A program made the translations under genes and the position numbers. This document shows positions 35,661 to 48,546 of a DNA stretch of 64,000 nucleotides, piece after piece; positions within the stretch are counted from its first letter, which is position 1; every line of letters begins with the position of its first letter. The stretch is taken from the NCBI GenBank assembly GCA_030324005.1, contig JARDVH010000084.1, forward strand, positions 39,784,585 to 39,848,584, read 5' to 3'. The notes under the pieces are model-generated. The model was not told the origin of the DNA, searched no databases, and worked only from the letters and a program-made list of their open reading frames with translations. Origin of the DNA: Negaprion brevirostris (Eukaryota).

Positions 35661-37894
35661 CTAAAATCCCTTCTGAACCTGGCTGCAAAAGAAACAGTTT
35701 CAGGGGAAAAGATGTACAGCAAAGCTGAGTAAAACCAGATACTCTCAAAAATTCAAATCACAAAGCTGCACGTTTAAATGAGTGCTGACAAAGTTCCAAA
35801 ATCCACGTCAATTTAAAGGAGTATGTGAAAGACACAGAACACATTGACCTCATTACAAAAAAATTACTGTACTTTGAAAGAAAACAAGGGAACTCAAAGC
35901 ATTTTAACTGTCTGCCACTCAGTGCGCGAGAGAGATTGAAATTTTGACTAACACGTGAAACCATCGGCACTCATGAGATTTTTTTTTAAAAAAAGGGCAT
36001 CTCTCTACCTTGGCTCAAACCCACATTCACTCAGCACAGGCATGACCAGTCGAAAAACGCACATCTTTCNNNNNNNNNNNNNNNNNNNNNNNNNNNNNNN
36101 NNNNNCCTGTAAGTGGCTGCCAGACACAACAGTGAAGTAAGGAGCAAGAGAAAGTAGCCCAGCCAGGGCAACTGACAGATAAACAATCAGCACTGATTTG
36201 CGAGCCTCTGACAGGCTTTTGCTGTTGAATGACTTTGCCACCAGTCACAAGGTACTCTCACCCTGCTATTAGTGGTTAATCTTTCTAACAAGAAGCCTTC
36301 CCACAGTTAATGCCTAACCTACAAACATACAGTCTATTTTTATTGCAATCCTTTCTTAGCTTGCACATGGTTATGTGGTCACAGCCTATGTGGGCAGAAT
36401 TATGAGTAAAAACACTTAACCCTTTAGGACTTTAATACATTTCAAGATGTGCCCACACACGTCAGTTGATGTAAATTTCAAGAACTGATTAGCAGAAGAC
36501 AAAATGAAGAAATATCAGGAAAATCATCTTTATTTAGCCTTACACCTACAGTGGCTCTGGAAGGACTCACACTGGACGCTCACTGTGAGATAAGGGCAAG
36601 AAGCTATGCAGTTCGGAATAGTGAAGCTGCAGCATCCTGTTCATACAGCATCCCTCACAGAGGTCACATTTAGTTCATGTTATGTTGACCCTGAATCAAA
36701 TGAGTTTGCTTAGGATTTTTAAGTTGTGCGCAAAGCGGTGTCAATTACAGGTCTGACGGATGCCGTACATTTGTATTTTGCGCTTAAAACAGGAAATTTG
36801 CCTCCAGCATTTACACCAGCTGATTTCAAATGTCTACACACTTCCCAAATCAGAGCCACTACAAGGTCATGTGCTGAGAGTCTCCACTTAGATCGGAATC
36901 AATAAGGCTGCGCTGGTTATAAGTGACAATTTAATACCCATCTGTTGCAGATTTACAACAAATGTGAATTTCTGACTCCACTGCAGCTGGGTGGTAAACA
37001 GGGAAATATTTCTGCTGCTTGTGGCTTCCAACAGCTCCCAAATCCAAGAACAATAACCAAGTGATCAAAATGATAAATCTAGGCTTTAACGGGGTGAAGA
37101 TAATGAGGATTCTCGGGGAATCTGTTCTGATAAATTTTCATTTAGGCGGCTAAGGAAAAATATTATCCTGAGGTATTTTTCAAACTTTTCCAAATAAAAC
37201 AGGATTTTATGTTAAGAAATTACATTGTGCAACATCGTCATACAAATCCTTAATGCATTTGCATCAAGTTCATCTATATTAACAGAAATATCAACCTGCT
37301 TAAAAGAATTATAATTGACACAAACGCATTAACTGTTTATGTAATACTATTGCATGGCCCCACTACTAGTCTCGGGATTAAAGTGTTCAAGTTGGCTTTC
37401 CATCTGTCCAGCAACTATATCAGGTGATGGAACTAGAAGCGAGTCAGAAGCTAATGAAACAGGGCGATTGACTCTCGTGATTTCATATTACACAGCCTTT
37501 ACAACTCTGATCCAAAAGGTCCATGTCAGTGCTTCTGTGCCACACAAGCCTCCTCCCAACCTGCCTCACCCGACCCAATTAATGTTTTATTGATTTCATA
37601 CTATTGTTTTAATTTGCATGATTCACTAGAAAAGCAGAGATTAGTTTTTACTCTCCGCTGTATTCCACATTCATTCAAATAATAGTCTGGCAACACCCTG
37701 CTCCAAAAATGTAACCAAACAAAATCCCAGAATATTCACCCATCCCTAGACTTTGATTATTCAATGTCAATCTTGTGTGTTCATAGACAACATAGCCAGG
37801 GACAGCACAGTACCATTATGGTGTGGGGAATATTAATATGGTCCTCTCAGTTTATCCAGATGGTTATAATTTCCAATCTTATTCATAACCAGAA

Positions 37895-38240
37895 ATTAGT
37901 CAACAGCATTCACTACTTTTTCTCGTAATCTATTCTAAATTTTCACAACTCTGTTGAAAAGTATATCTTCCAATCTCCAAGCTTATTTGAAAGTTCTTAA
38001 TCTTAATCAAGTGCACTCTTTCTCTCTGCTCACAATCTAAGCTAAATCGCTGATTTACATCTACATCATCTAGATTTGGCAGTATTTTTACACTCTGGAA
38101 CATATCAAGCTTCAATCTTTTTTTCTCTAAAGAAAACAACTTCAGCTTTGCAAGTCTCTCCTCATAACTCAGAGTTTTACGTCCCAGAATTATCCATGTC
38201 ACTTTGCTTTGAACCACTGCCAATCATCAATGTCCTTTAA
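37895..38240 (-). mobile_element. Old CR1 LINE 3' fragment
   Basis: ORF 37930-38223 contains LSYEERLAKLKLFSLEKKRLKLDM. Confidence 0.85.
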
Positions 38241-38349
38241 ACAATGACTCCGAGTTACTTCATTGAGTAGGTGGGGAAAAACAGAAAAATAAGGTCTCAG
38301 TTTCAGTCTCTCAGTGTTATCCAATAATCCCTGCATTAAGTACATTAGG

Positions 38350-39025
38350 TCATGGGATTGTGATGAATATCTTTCCAACTTTCACTCTACACACAACATT
38401 TATATTCATTCCTAAATGCTCTAAAAGGGTCTGTACTTTTAAACACTGAAGCCCTTCTAGAAAAGGTGCTCCCACAATGCAAGGAATACAAGGTAAAGAA
38501 GTCCAGGATTTTGATCCAACAATGATGAAGGAATGGTGGTATATGTCCAAGTTTGGATGCTGTGTGACCTGCTAGGGAACATGTGATTGACTGTGTTCTC
38601 ATGACGTTGCTGTTCCTGGTGGTAGGGCTTGCAAAATTGCTACATTATGTCCAGTCGAAAGTACATACAGAAGTCAAAAGGCTTCAATGGAGGAGGTTAG
38701 TGCTAATTTCCATGCTAGGAGTACTAGCAAAAGGACTGTTCTTCCTAGATACACTTGTGCTTCATGGGTATTGTTGCAGGTATACCTGTCGCATTCCTAA
38801 CTTGAAGATATGAATGACAAAAAGGTTTTGAGAGATCGTGTAANNNNNNNNNNNNNNNNNNNNNNNNNNNNNNNNNNNNNNNNNNNNNGGTCTTGTAGCC
38901 ATGATGTTGATATGGCTGTGCCAAGTTAATGTGTGACCACTGGTAACTCCCAAAATGAGGATTATGGGGAGCCTGGTGCTTGTGGTGTCATTGAAGGTTG
39001 GGTGCAATCACTGGACTTTTTCTCA
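38350..39025 (-). mobile_element. CR1-group LINE fragments (same family as 21705-22172)
   Basis: CCAGGATTTTGATCCAACAATGATGAAGGAATGG...; after the gap TGGTAACTCCCAAAATGAGGAT. Confidence 0.65.
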
Positions 39026-39027
39026 TT

Positions 39028-39133
39028 GGAACTCAAAATGTCAGCTCTTTTCTCTCCCTACAGATGCTTCCAGACCTGCTGAGATTTTCTCTTTCGGTTT
39101 CAGATTCCAGCATCTGCAGTAATTTGCTTTTAT
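39028..39133 (+). mobile_element. Penelope terminal-repeat fragment
   Basis: AAAATGTCAGCTCT...CAGATGCTTCCAGACCTGCTGAG...TTTCAGATTCCAGCATCTGCAGTA. Confidence 0.7.
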
Positions 39134-39134
39134 A

Positions 39135-39955
39135 CTTGCACTTAGATGGTGCCTTTCAAGACCTCATGGCTGAAAAACACATTGCAACCAATCAAGAACT
39201 CTTCAAATGTAGTCACTGTTGTAATATAGGAAGCATGCCAACCAATATACACAAATCAAGTTCCCACAAATAGGGACAAGAAAATTAAAAACAGATTATC
39301 TGGTCATTATATTGGTGAGGGATATGAAACCTTGAGAATTTGCCTGCTTTAATTATTTTTCTTTAATTCATTTACACTGGTGAAATTTATTCATCCTTAG
39401 CTTTAGTTTATTCATTCATGGGATATGGGCATCGCTGGCTGGCCAGCATAATCACGCTTGAACCGAGAGACTTGTGCAACCATTTCAAGGGCTGTTGAGA
39501 GTCAACCACATTGCTGTGGGTCTGGAGTCACATGTAGGCCAAAACAGTTAGAACAGTAGATTTCCTTCCCTAAAGGGTGTTAGTGAAACAGATGGGTTTT
39601 TCCAACAATCGACCATGGTTTCATGGCATTAGACTTCGAATTCCAGACAGTTCTTATTGAATTCAAATTTCACCATCTGCTGTAGTGGGATTTGAACCCT
39701 TGTCCCCAGAACATCAGCTGAGTTTCTGGATTAATACTTTATTGATAATGCCACTCAGCCATGGAAAAATGTCATAGGGTCTTTTAAGTCCACATAAGAG
39801 GGAAGATATTTACTATCGCATCTGGAAGACAGCACCTCCAACGGTACTACACTGTCAGCCTAGATTACGTGCTCATTTCTTTGAAGTAGGACTTGAACCC
39901 TGATCTTCTGATTCCGGAGTGAGAGTTATGCTATTGAATTATTGCTGGCTGAGGA
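39135..39955 (-). mobile_element. Deu-domain SINE split by a younger SINE
   Basis: 3' part ~39135-39350; 5' part ~39765-39955 (CATCTGGAAGACAGCACCTCC...GGACTTGAACCC). Confidence 0.7.
39408..39762 (-). mobile_element. tRNA SINE, second family
   Basis: Homologous to 10095-10484 and 50330-50683. Confidence 0.85.
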
Positions 39956-40127
39956 CTTCAAGTAAAAATTTTATGACTATTATAAAACACAAAAGAAAAT
40001 TCAATGCAGAAATTTAATCATAGCATTGTGAAATATTTTATTTTGGTCATGAGAATTTTAATTTGTAAAAAAAAAAGATGGAAGTTCTTCCAAAAATGTT
40101 TTGAGTGATTACTATATATTTTTTCAA

Positions 40128-40205
40128 ACTCCAGAAACTCAGCTAATGTTCTGGGGACCTGGGTTTGAATCCCACAACAGCAGATGGTGAAATTTGAATT
40201 CAATA
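40128..40205 (+). mobile_element. Head fragment of second SINE family
   Basis: CCAGAAACTCAGCTAATGTTCTGGGGACCTGGGTTTGAATCCCAC..CAGATGGTGAAATTTGAATTCAATA. Confidence 0.75.
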
Positions 40206-41589
40206 CTAAACTCACACAGACCTGACTAGTTGCCTGGTAATTTCTGTAGCAATTTTATTGGCAATGGTTTATCAGAGTGCAGGTGAATATTAAAGTGCAC
40301 CAGCTCCCTATGACCAGTGTAGGTCAGGAGTGAGAGCATAGTTTTCAAACTAAATGAAAACTGCATTTGGTTTAAGACTTATAAGGAACAAGGATTTTAT
40401 TGTTCATACATATGTGTGATTCAACGCTGGACTTTTCTCACTTTTGTGCAAGCAATTGCCACCAGGAAATATTCAGAACCGAGGTTCCCAGAGGAAGTAC
40501 AAAAGCAGACAGTTTGATAGGTGGTGATCAGACTGAATCTGACAATATTACTAAACTGAGTGCTCTACACTATTGTTTTTCTAAATTTCCTGTTGTCAAA
40601 ACAGTGCTCGTGACTATATTGTAAATGCGCACAGGTCACAGGATTTACAATTTCAGAATTTCTTTTCAAATCCAGTTGAATGTCCCTTTAGTTGGTTTAA
40701 AAACCAATCTGAATACAGTAGAAATTTGCACAGCAGAATAAAGGTTAATGCTCCCAAATGAGGTAACCTCACAAGATCGTCTAAACTAGGATAAAAAGTT
40801 TATGGAACTCGCTCATTTCCAAATCCAGATGTGGCAGGATCACTGAGGCTGCTGTGATTTTTTTTTTAACTCTTTTAAACCCAGCAGTAAAAGTAAAAAC
40901 TGTCATATTCAGAACCATCAAACGTGTTGCAAAAATTAATTTGATGATTCCAGTTTCAACCCTCCCAGCAGGTTGTTAAGAACAGAAACAGTCTGAACAG
41001 CTTTGTGATGAGCTAAAAGGTGTGAAATATCAACAGTGAAAAATTTGTTGGGTCATTGTATACCATTGTTTATCTTTTCAGAATGAATACAGATAAATGG
41101 CATCAAAACCATGTCGTCAAGATGACACTCATCATTTCAACCCCAACAGCAGAGAACAATCCGGGACCTTGGCACTCTTCAATGATCTATTTTCTTTCTC
41201 CCTTCTGTAATGAAAATCTTCAGGAACCCTGCTAACCAGACTGTCCCAATCTCCTGTTGAATTTTCCTTTCAACTGGACAGCACAAATAATCAGTGATGT
41301 TGCCATGTTGGTTGGTTCAACGCAAAAAGCCTATTGCTTAGTGCATCAGGACCAAACAACCAGCACCATCATGAAATGTGTGAGAAAGGATCAGGAAGCA
41401 ACATTGTGTCCATCCGGAAATGCTGAAAACTCATAGACTGAAGAGAAGTTTTGTAAAACTTCACTAAAATAAGTGGCCTAGTGAAATGTTATTCTCCTGC
41501 AGTTTGTATTCTTCTTTAAAAAAAATGGAGGTCAGTGACGGAGAACAAGTGCAATCAGAACATGATTCTATAGCCTTGACAGGAGACAA

Positions 41590-41730
41590 GCTTTCAAGTA
41601 CATAATTGGTTCCTGATCTTGCCGCAATCTTGACCTAGACATGGTTGTAAGAGCTGAATGACAGACGTGAGGTGAGAATCAGTGCCTTTAAAATCAAGGT
41701 AGCATTCAATCAAACATAACACCAGCAAAA
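41590..41730 (+). mobile_element. CR1-group LINE RT fragment
   Basis: Translates ELNDRREVRISAFKIKVAFNQT*HQ, resembling ..ALDIKAAFDRVWH. Confidence 0.55.
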
Positions 41731-42214
41731 GACAGCATACAATTTTGAGGGACACCAGGTCACTGGGGAGGACATGACAACATGTAGCATTTAGAAACAC
41801 AGAAGAGAAAGCTACGGTAATAATTGCCCTCAACTCTACCTTTGGTAGTTGGGAAGTGTGGACTTCTTTACCTATCAGAGAATGCAACAGTCCTATGCGT
41901 GCGTCATCACTCATTACCTAAGAATAGTGATCAAGGTAAATAGGCTGTTCAAGTGAACCAAAGTTAACAATATTGTGCCCCAGAGATTGCCAAGACACTG
42001 TGAATAAAATGGTGAAGGGCCCTTGAACCCTGGCCACGCAAACACCCAACATCCTTCCCCTTACATTCGTTGGACCATGACCTCAACTCAACATGACACA
42101 GGTAGTGTACTTGAGAAATTGATTCATGGTAAGACAGACAGCACAAGGAAATCGGACAATGCAGACCAAGGTATGGAGCTGAATGTAGTTGTGAAAAAGC
42201 GTTAGGCTTGCGAG

Positions 42215-42325
42215 TTTCCTGTTCAGTTGAAGCAAATGGTCATCAGCTTGAAACGTTAACTCTATCACTCCCTAGATGCTGCCTGAGTTGCTGGACTATT
42301 TCCAGTATTTTCTGATTTTATTTAC
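42215..42325 (+). mobile_element. Penelope terminal-repeat fragment
   Basis: GGTCATCAGCTTGAAACGTTAACTCT...AGATGCTGCCTGAGTTGCTG..TATTTCCAGTATTTTCTG. Confidence 0.65.
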
Positions 42326-42783
42326 GTTTTCTGTTTACTGAGCAAACAGACCTAAAGGATCTTGCCGTGAACAGAAGGATTCTAAAACAGCATGAGATAT
42401 ATATAAAGGTTCTGCAGTTCCTCTCCCAAGAGGTATGGCAAATGGCTGTGAAAATTCCACCAAGAAAACTGATCTAATTCAGATTCTTTTTAAAGCTTCT
42501 TATTCACCTTGTTAAAGTTTTGTCTGGTTTACTTACTGGAACTCATTGTCCTGTTATGCACCATCATCTATGAGTCAATTCAATGCAAGTTACTCTCATA
42601 ACAATGGCAGCTGCAGGAGCATTTAAAAACTTTCTCCTGCTTCATGAACAGTCAATTCAATGTAGACATTGAATGAAGGAATGAAAATATTGGGCTGCTG
42701 TCTGGACAGGTTAATGTTAACTGCATTGCAAAAGATACAGAGCTGCTGCTTGGAGATACTAGAGACTCTTTAGTTTACTTGCC

Positions 42784-42832
42784 TTGGAGAGAAGTAGATG
42801 TCCATGCGTTGGAGAGAAGTAGATGTCCATGC
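42784..42832. repeat. 25 bp tandem duplication
   Basis: TTGGAGAGAAGTAGATGTCCATGC twice, separated by one G. Confidence 0.9.
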
Positions 42833-43203
42833 CTCAGATACTGCTTCCCACCACAGCCAATCCCCAATAAAAACATTTATCTGAGTTGGTTTGGAGACTA
42901 TAACAAAGAGTGAGCCTGACCCAGGTCCATTAACAGGCCTGGGGGCTCAGAAAGAATGATCTCCTCTAACACAACAGCCTCATACAACTTAGAAGCTGCA
43001 ATTTCCATCCAAAGTAATTAAACCAGACAAAACTTTAATAAGATGAACAGGAAATTTTGGAATAAATCTGAATTAATTCAATTTTCATTCAAAAACCATG
43101 TCCAAGCAAACTTTGCTTCAGAGATTACAGTTTTTGCTAACAGTAATCTTTTATGGGGGCATGTCATCACCAGCCCCTTTTGAAATATTAAACAGTTGGA
43201 AAA

Positions 43204-43455
43204 ATAAGAACATAAGAACATAAGAAATAGGAGCAGGAGTAGGCCATCCAGCCCTTCGAGCCTGCCCCGCCATTCAANNNNNNNNNNNNNNNNNNNNNNN
43301 NNNNNNNNNNNNNNNNNNNNNNNNNNNNNNNNNNNNNNNNNNNNNNNNNNNNNNNNNNNNNNNNNNNNNNNNNNNNNCCATCCAGCCCTTCGAGCCTGCC
43401 CCGCCATTCAATAAGATCATGGCTGATCTGTCGTGGCTCAGTTCCACACTCCCCC
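43204..43455 (-). mobile_element. Young CR1 3' end; sequence duplicated across a gap
   Basis: ATAAGAACATAAGAACATAAGAAATAGGAGCAGGAGTAGGCCATCCAGCCCTTCGAGCC. Confidence 0.9.
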
Positions 43456-45887
43456 TAAACATGTCTTATTTTAAAGAATTGTTTAAGTTGAGTAGTGCTA
43501 TCGTCAGAGTTGCTAACTGTCCAGCCATAATTGCTATATGCCTGACAGTGTCTCAGGGCTGAATTAACACCAGATAATCATTATTTACACAGGGTTATGA
43601 ATATCTGTTTCAACTGTGTGCAAATTAATTCCATTCTCTCACACGAGCGGATTTAGTAATTCCTTAAAGACAAATCCCTAAAGATGTAATCAGTACAGTG
43701 TATTTGAACACTTTTTTTTGCTCCCCCTCACCCCGGTACTGTTATTCCTTAATCTCAAAACAGATTTTACAATGTTCAGACTATCAGATTTCATCGTTAA
43801 TACCATTTTAATAAATGGCTAATTATTCACTTACAATCCTCTTACATGAAACAATTTTTTTAAATGTGTGTATGTCCTAGGTAAAACTGTAGCCAGCTGT
43901 AAAAATTGCAAGTAACTCCTTGAATGGCCAGTATACATTTGCAGTTATCAATAGCAAAAATGCAGAAGGAATCAAACTAAATGTTGCCAGCAAGTTTTTG
44001 ACTGAAGAGAAAACATAGCTATTAGCTCAGGGTTTAAAATATTGCCTGATACAAAAGCTCAATAATTAATAATCAACAACATTACTTTTAAGTACAGCTG
44101 TTCACACATTATTAACGTAATTGCCATTTTGTTTGGAAGAAAAGTAAGGGGATGCAGCCATACCATGACAGTCAAACTAAAACTATAATTTAGGGTGCGG
44201 GAACTGGTGTATATGTACCAAAATTAGTTCAGATCAGACAAAAAATCATGCAAGTGCCTAAACTGATCAAGAAATAGGTGCTATAAACAGCACACCACAA
44301 AAAAGCAGCAAAAGTCCTGGATGGATGTGGAAGCCGCAGGTACAGCGTTTATAATGTGCCAAAGATTTTTGAACCAGGCTCAGCACACACACTCACTCAT
44401 GAAAGTACAAAAAAAGGATCAATTAAAATGTCAGCCTACCACGACTGCCATTGGGTGGTGGAAATCTGTGCAAGTTCACAACTCCATTCCTCACAGGGTC
44501 CAGTAGAAGGATGAATAAAATATTGATACTTGTTGACCAGCGCAGACATCATGGGCTGAATGGCCTCTTTCTGTCCTGTAAAGCTCTATGGCCTTACTTT
44601 CAACAACATCGATAAGGAAATGCTTCGCTGAAGTTCTCAATTAAGATTAAGCGGCTCATTTTCACCGACTCTGCGAAGTTGAAATGGGCATAGCACTTCA
44701 TGAATCCTAAATTTTATCTGCTCCCATCCACCCAGTGCCATTTCTCATTTGTTCTGGAAATGAGCAGCTGCCTCATTAAGGCATGCAAATCGGTCTCTGA
44801 TAATGTACGGAGGATCTAAATGCAATTTTCAGATACTAATGGCTGCTGCATGTACTGTATAGACTCCACCCATTAGTACTAGGCGTAGAACAGTGAACCA
44901 GCGGTCCTTAAAGGAACAGCACAGGTAAATTTTCGAAATGATTTTTGTGGGGCCTGGAACAGAATAAATATTCCTCCTGGCCCTACCCACTATGGCGAGA
45001 TGGCTGCAGTTTGACAAAGGTTGGGTCCCGAATGTTGAGGGTTATACGACATTCAAGAAAAATAGGAAGTTGGGTCCACTGAAGGTCTTTGAGTCCCTGC
45101 TATTTTCAGATTGTCTCTTCCTCTTTACAGGGAGAAGCCACAAGATGCCATGCCCTTTCCCAGGCTAATCAGGTGGCTGCATCTATCCATCAGCCTAGCC
45201 ATTACATTTCACCAATCTGATGCAAATAAGCCTGACTTTAAACCAATTCTGTTCTCTTACCAAGGACATCGGGCAGATGTATCAATCACAATCTGCACCA
45301 CGCTCATCAAGAATAGAAAGCAGACCCTAGTTTTCAAGTCCTTAACCTTTCCGCTCCTCATTTGACAAAAACAATAACATATTGAAGACAACATCACTAA
45401 TGTTCACATGAATGAAAACACTGCTACAATATAACCACAACGATATCTTTTGATACTAAAATTTGTTGAAAATGTTTTTGCAGCAGAGACATGCTGCAAA
45501 AATGTCTCAGACCGGCCAACATATTTCTTATTCTATGTACATTCCCAATCTGACGTCTGAATTTCCTGGAAAGTTGGTAAATCAGTGGGAGCAAATGGAA
45601 AATCTGTTTTTTTTTAAGCAACAGAGCTGACAGAATCAAGATAATACAGCATTAACAATGCAACCAGATCAATGATGGGGAATGCTGGAATCTAGATTTT
45701 GCAATTAGCTGTGGGATTCACTGGAAGAACACGATTCACTGCCAATCTATTTAAATGCTGGAGGAGGAATGATCACGCTTGGGAATATGTAGCAAATCAA
45801 CGGGTAAAGTCAAGGCAGCACAGCAAAATAGTAAGATGGGAAAAGAGAGTCAGGGCAGGCAGGGACAGAGAGGAAAAAACCCAAGAG

Positions 45888-46165
45888 TACATAAGAACAT
45901 AAGAAATAGGAGCAGGAGTAGGCCATCCAGNNNNNNNNNNNNNNNNNNNNNNNNNNNNNNNNNNNNNNNNNNNNNNNNNNNNNNNNNNNNNNNNNNNNNN
46001 NNNNNNNNNNNNNNNNNNNNNNNNNNNNNNACTCTCCACACCCTCCGCGCAATTTGCCGTTCCACCAATCTTGGTGTCATCAGCAAATTTCGACACCATA
46101 CACTCGATTCCCTCCTCCAGATCATCTATATAAATGGTAAATAGCTGAGGCCCCAGCACCAACCC
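45888..46165 (-). mobile_element. Young 5'-truncated CR1 (RT core to tail, middle in gap)
   Basis: VLGPQLFTIYIDDLEEGIECMVSKFADDTKIGG on one side of the gap and the (TTCTTATG)n tail on the other. Confidence 0.9.
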
Positions 46166-46204
46166 CTAAAGTAACAACCAGATGTTGCAAAGTTACCAAA
46201 AAGA

Positions 46205-48546
46205 CAAAACTAAAGGCTCTGCATCTAAAAGTGCGTAACACTCAAAACAAAGTAAATGAACTGATAGCACACATTGAAGGAAATAAATATGATCTAATAG
46301 CCATTAAAGGGTGAGAAGGATTGGGGTTTCAATATTGAGGAGTATATGACAATTCAAGAAGAATAAGAAGTTAGGTAAAGGCGGAGGATCAGCACTGTTA
46401 ATCAGGGATGGCATGAGTTACAGATGACCCTGTTTCAGGAATCAGGATGTAGAATCAGTTTTGGTGAAGATGAACAATAATAGGAATGGTCTACTTTTCC
46501 CCTTAACAGTAACCACAATATAGGCCAAAGTAGATAAGAAGTATTGGGTGCTTGTGATAAAAGGATGTCAATAATCATGGGTGATTTGAATCTACCTAAA
46601 CTAGAAAAGTCAGATTGTCAGTAGCAGCCTGAGTTCAGAGAATAATTTCAAGATAGTTTCTTACGGCAGCATGTTCTGGAACCAACTGGAGAGCAAATTA
46701 CATTAGACTTGAAATTGTGTAATGTGACAGGATTAGTTAACTAGGTCATGGTGAAGGCAGGCCTAGGTAGCAGCAACCACAAAATGGTTGCATTTCACAC
46801 CAGGATTGAAAGGCAGAAGAATGGATCTAAGACTAGTATTTTAAACTTAAATAAGGGCAACTACTTGGCATGAAAACTGAGTTAACTGAAGTGAACTAGA
46901 ATACTTGTCTACAGGGTTGATCAATAGAGAAACAGTGGCAGTTATTTAAGGGCATTATTCAGAACACTCAGAGGAAATATATTCCTATTTTTTATTCCTA
47001 AAGAAAAATTCTAAGAGAAGAACCGACCATTCATGGTGAACTAAGGAAGTTAAGGAAAGCAACAAGCTTAAGAAAAAAGAATATAAGTAACTGCGTGAGG
47101 ATGGGTGGCAGGTCAGATGATTGGCCAGGATGTAAAGAATGGCAGAGAATGACTAAAAATTTAATCAGGAAAAATAAATGAGTGTACAAGAAGAAGTTAA
47201 CTTTAAAAGTAAAAAATGGATAGCAAAAGTTTCTACAGGTATTTAAACAAGGATAAGTAACTTTTGTGTTGGTCCTCTAGAGAGTGACAATGGGCATTTA
47301 GTAGTAAGGAAATGATGGGTGAAATGAACAAATATATTGCTGTGTGTTCATGCCACAGGATGCAAAAAATATTCTAGCTGTAATCAGGAGGTGAAAAGGA
47401 AAGCAATGCTGAGCAAACTGACGGAGCTGCAGGCTGACAGGTCTCCAGGTTCTGATGGACTTCATCCTAGGGTCTTAAAAGAGGTGGCTAATAAGGAGTA
47501 AATGCATTGGTGTTAATTTTCCAAAATTCGCTAGATTCTGGAAATGTTTCATTAGATGAAAAAGTAGCAAATATAACCCCTCTATTCAAGAAAGGAGGAA
47601 GGCAGGAAACTATAGACAGTTAGCTTGACATTTATCATAGAGAAGATGTTAGAATCAATCATTTAGGGGTTTATAGCTGGGCACTTAGAAAGACCCAAGG
47701 TAATTGGGAAAATTGAGCATGATTTTACAAAAAGGAAATCATGTTGAAACACCATGTTGGAGTTTTTTGAAGGAGTAACATATTGTAGACAAAGGGGAGT
47801 CTATAGACATACTGTACTTGGATTTCCAGAAAGTATAATGTGGGAAAATGTGAAGTCATTCTCTATAGTGGGAAGAATAAGAGTATTACAAACAGAGAAT
47901 GACCGAGAACTCCAAGGTACAGAGGAATCTAGGTGTCCTCGTGCATGACTCAAAAAGTTTGCATAAAGATACAAGTAATTAAGAAGGCTAATGCAACGCT
48001 ATCCATTATTACAAGAGGAAGTGAACATAAAATTATGGAAGCTATACTTCAGTTATACAGGGCATTGGTAAAATTACATCTTGAATACTATGTGCAGTTT
48101 TGTTCTCCTTATTTAAGGAAGGTGGTTCAGAAGAGGTTTACTAGATTGACACCTGGAATGAGTGTGTTATCTTATGAGGAAAGGTTAGACAGACTGGGTT
48201 TGTTTCCACTGGAGTTTAGAAGAGTGAGGGGTGACCCGACTGAACGATATTGACGAGGTGGATGTGGAAAAGATGTTTCCTCTTGCAGGTGAGTCTGGAG
48301 ATGGGGGGCACTGTTTTAAAATTAGGGGTCACATTTTTAGGACAGGGATAAGGAGATTGCTTTTCTCTCAGAGTTGTGTGGCCTTAGAACTTTGGTAGAT
48401 TTTTGTTTGGCAAGGGAAACAAAGGTTATTGAGGCAGATGGGAATGTGGAATTTGAAACACAAACAGATCAGTCATGATTGTTTTCAATGGCAAAGCAGG
48501 CTCGAGGGGCCAAATGGCCTAGTTCTGCTCCTATTTTGTACGTTCA
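46205..48546 (+). mobile_element. Degenerate near-complete CR1 ORF2 (APE endonuclease and RT) plus 3' tail
   Basis: LKALHL..RNTQNKVNELIAHIE..KYDLIAI, IIMGDLNLP, SPGSDGLHPRVLKEVA, ANITPLFKKGGR, LQLYRALVKLHLEYYVQF and SYEERLDRLGLFPLEFRR, with many stops, frameshifts and deletions. Confidence 0.92.
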
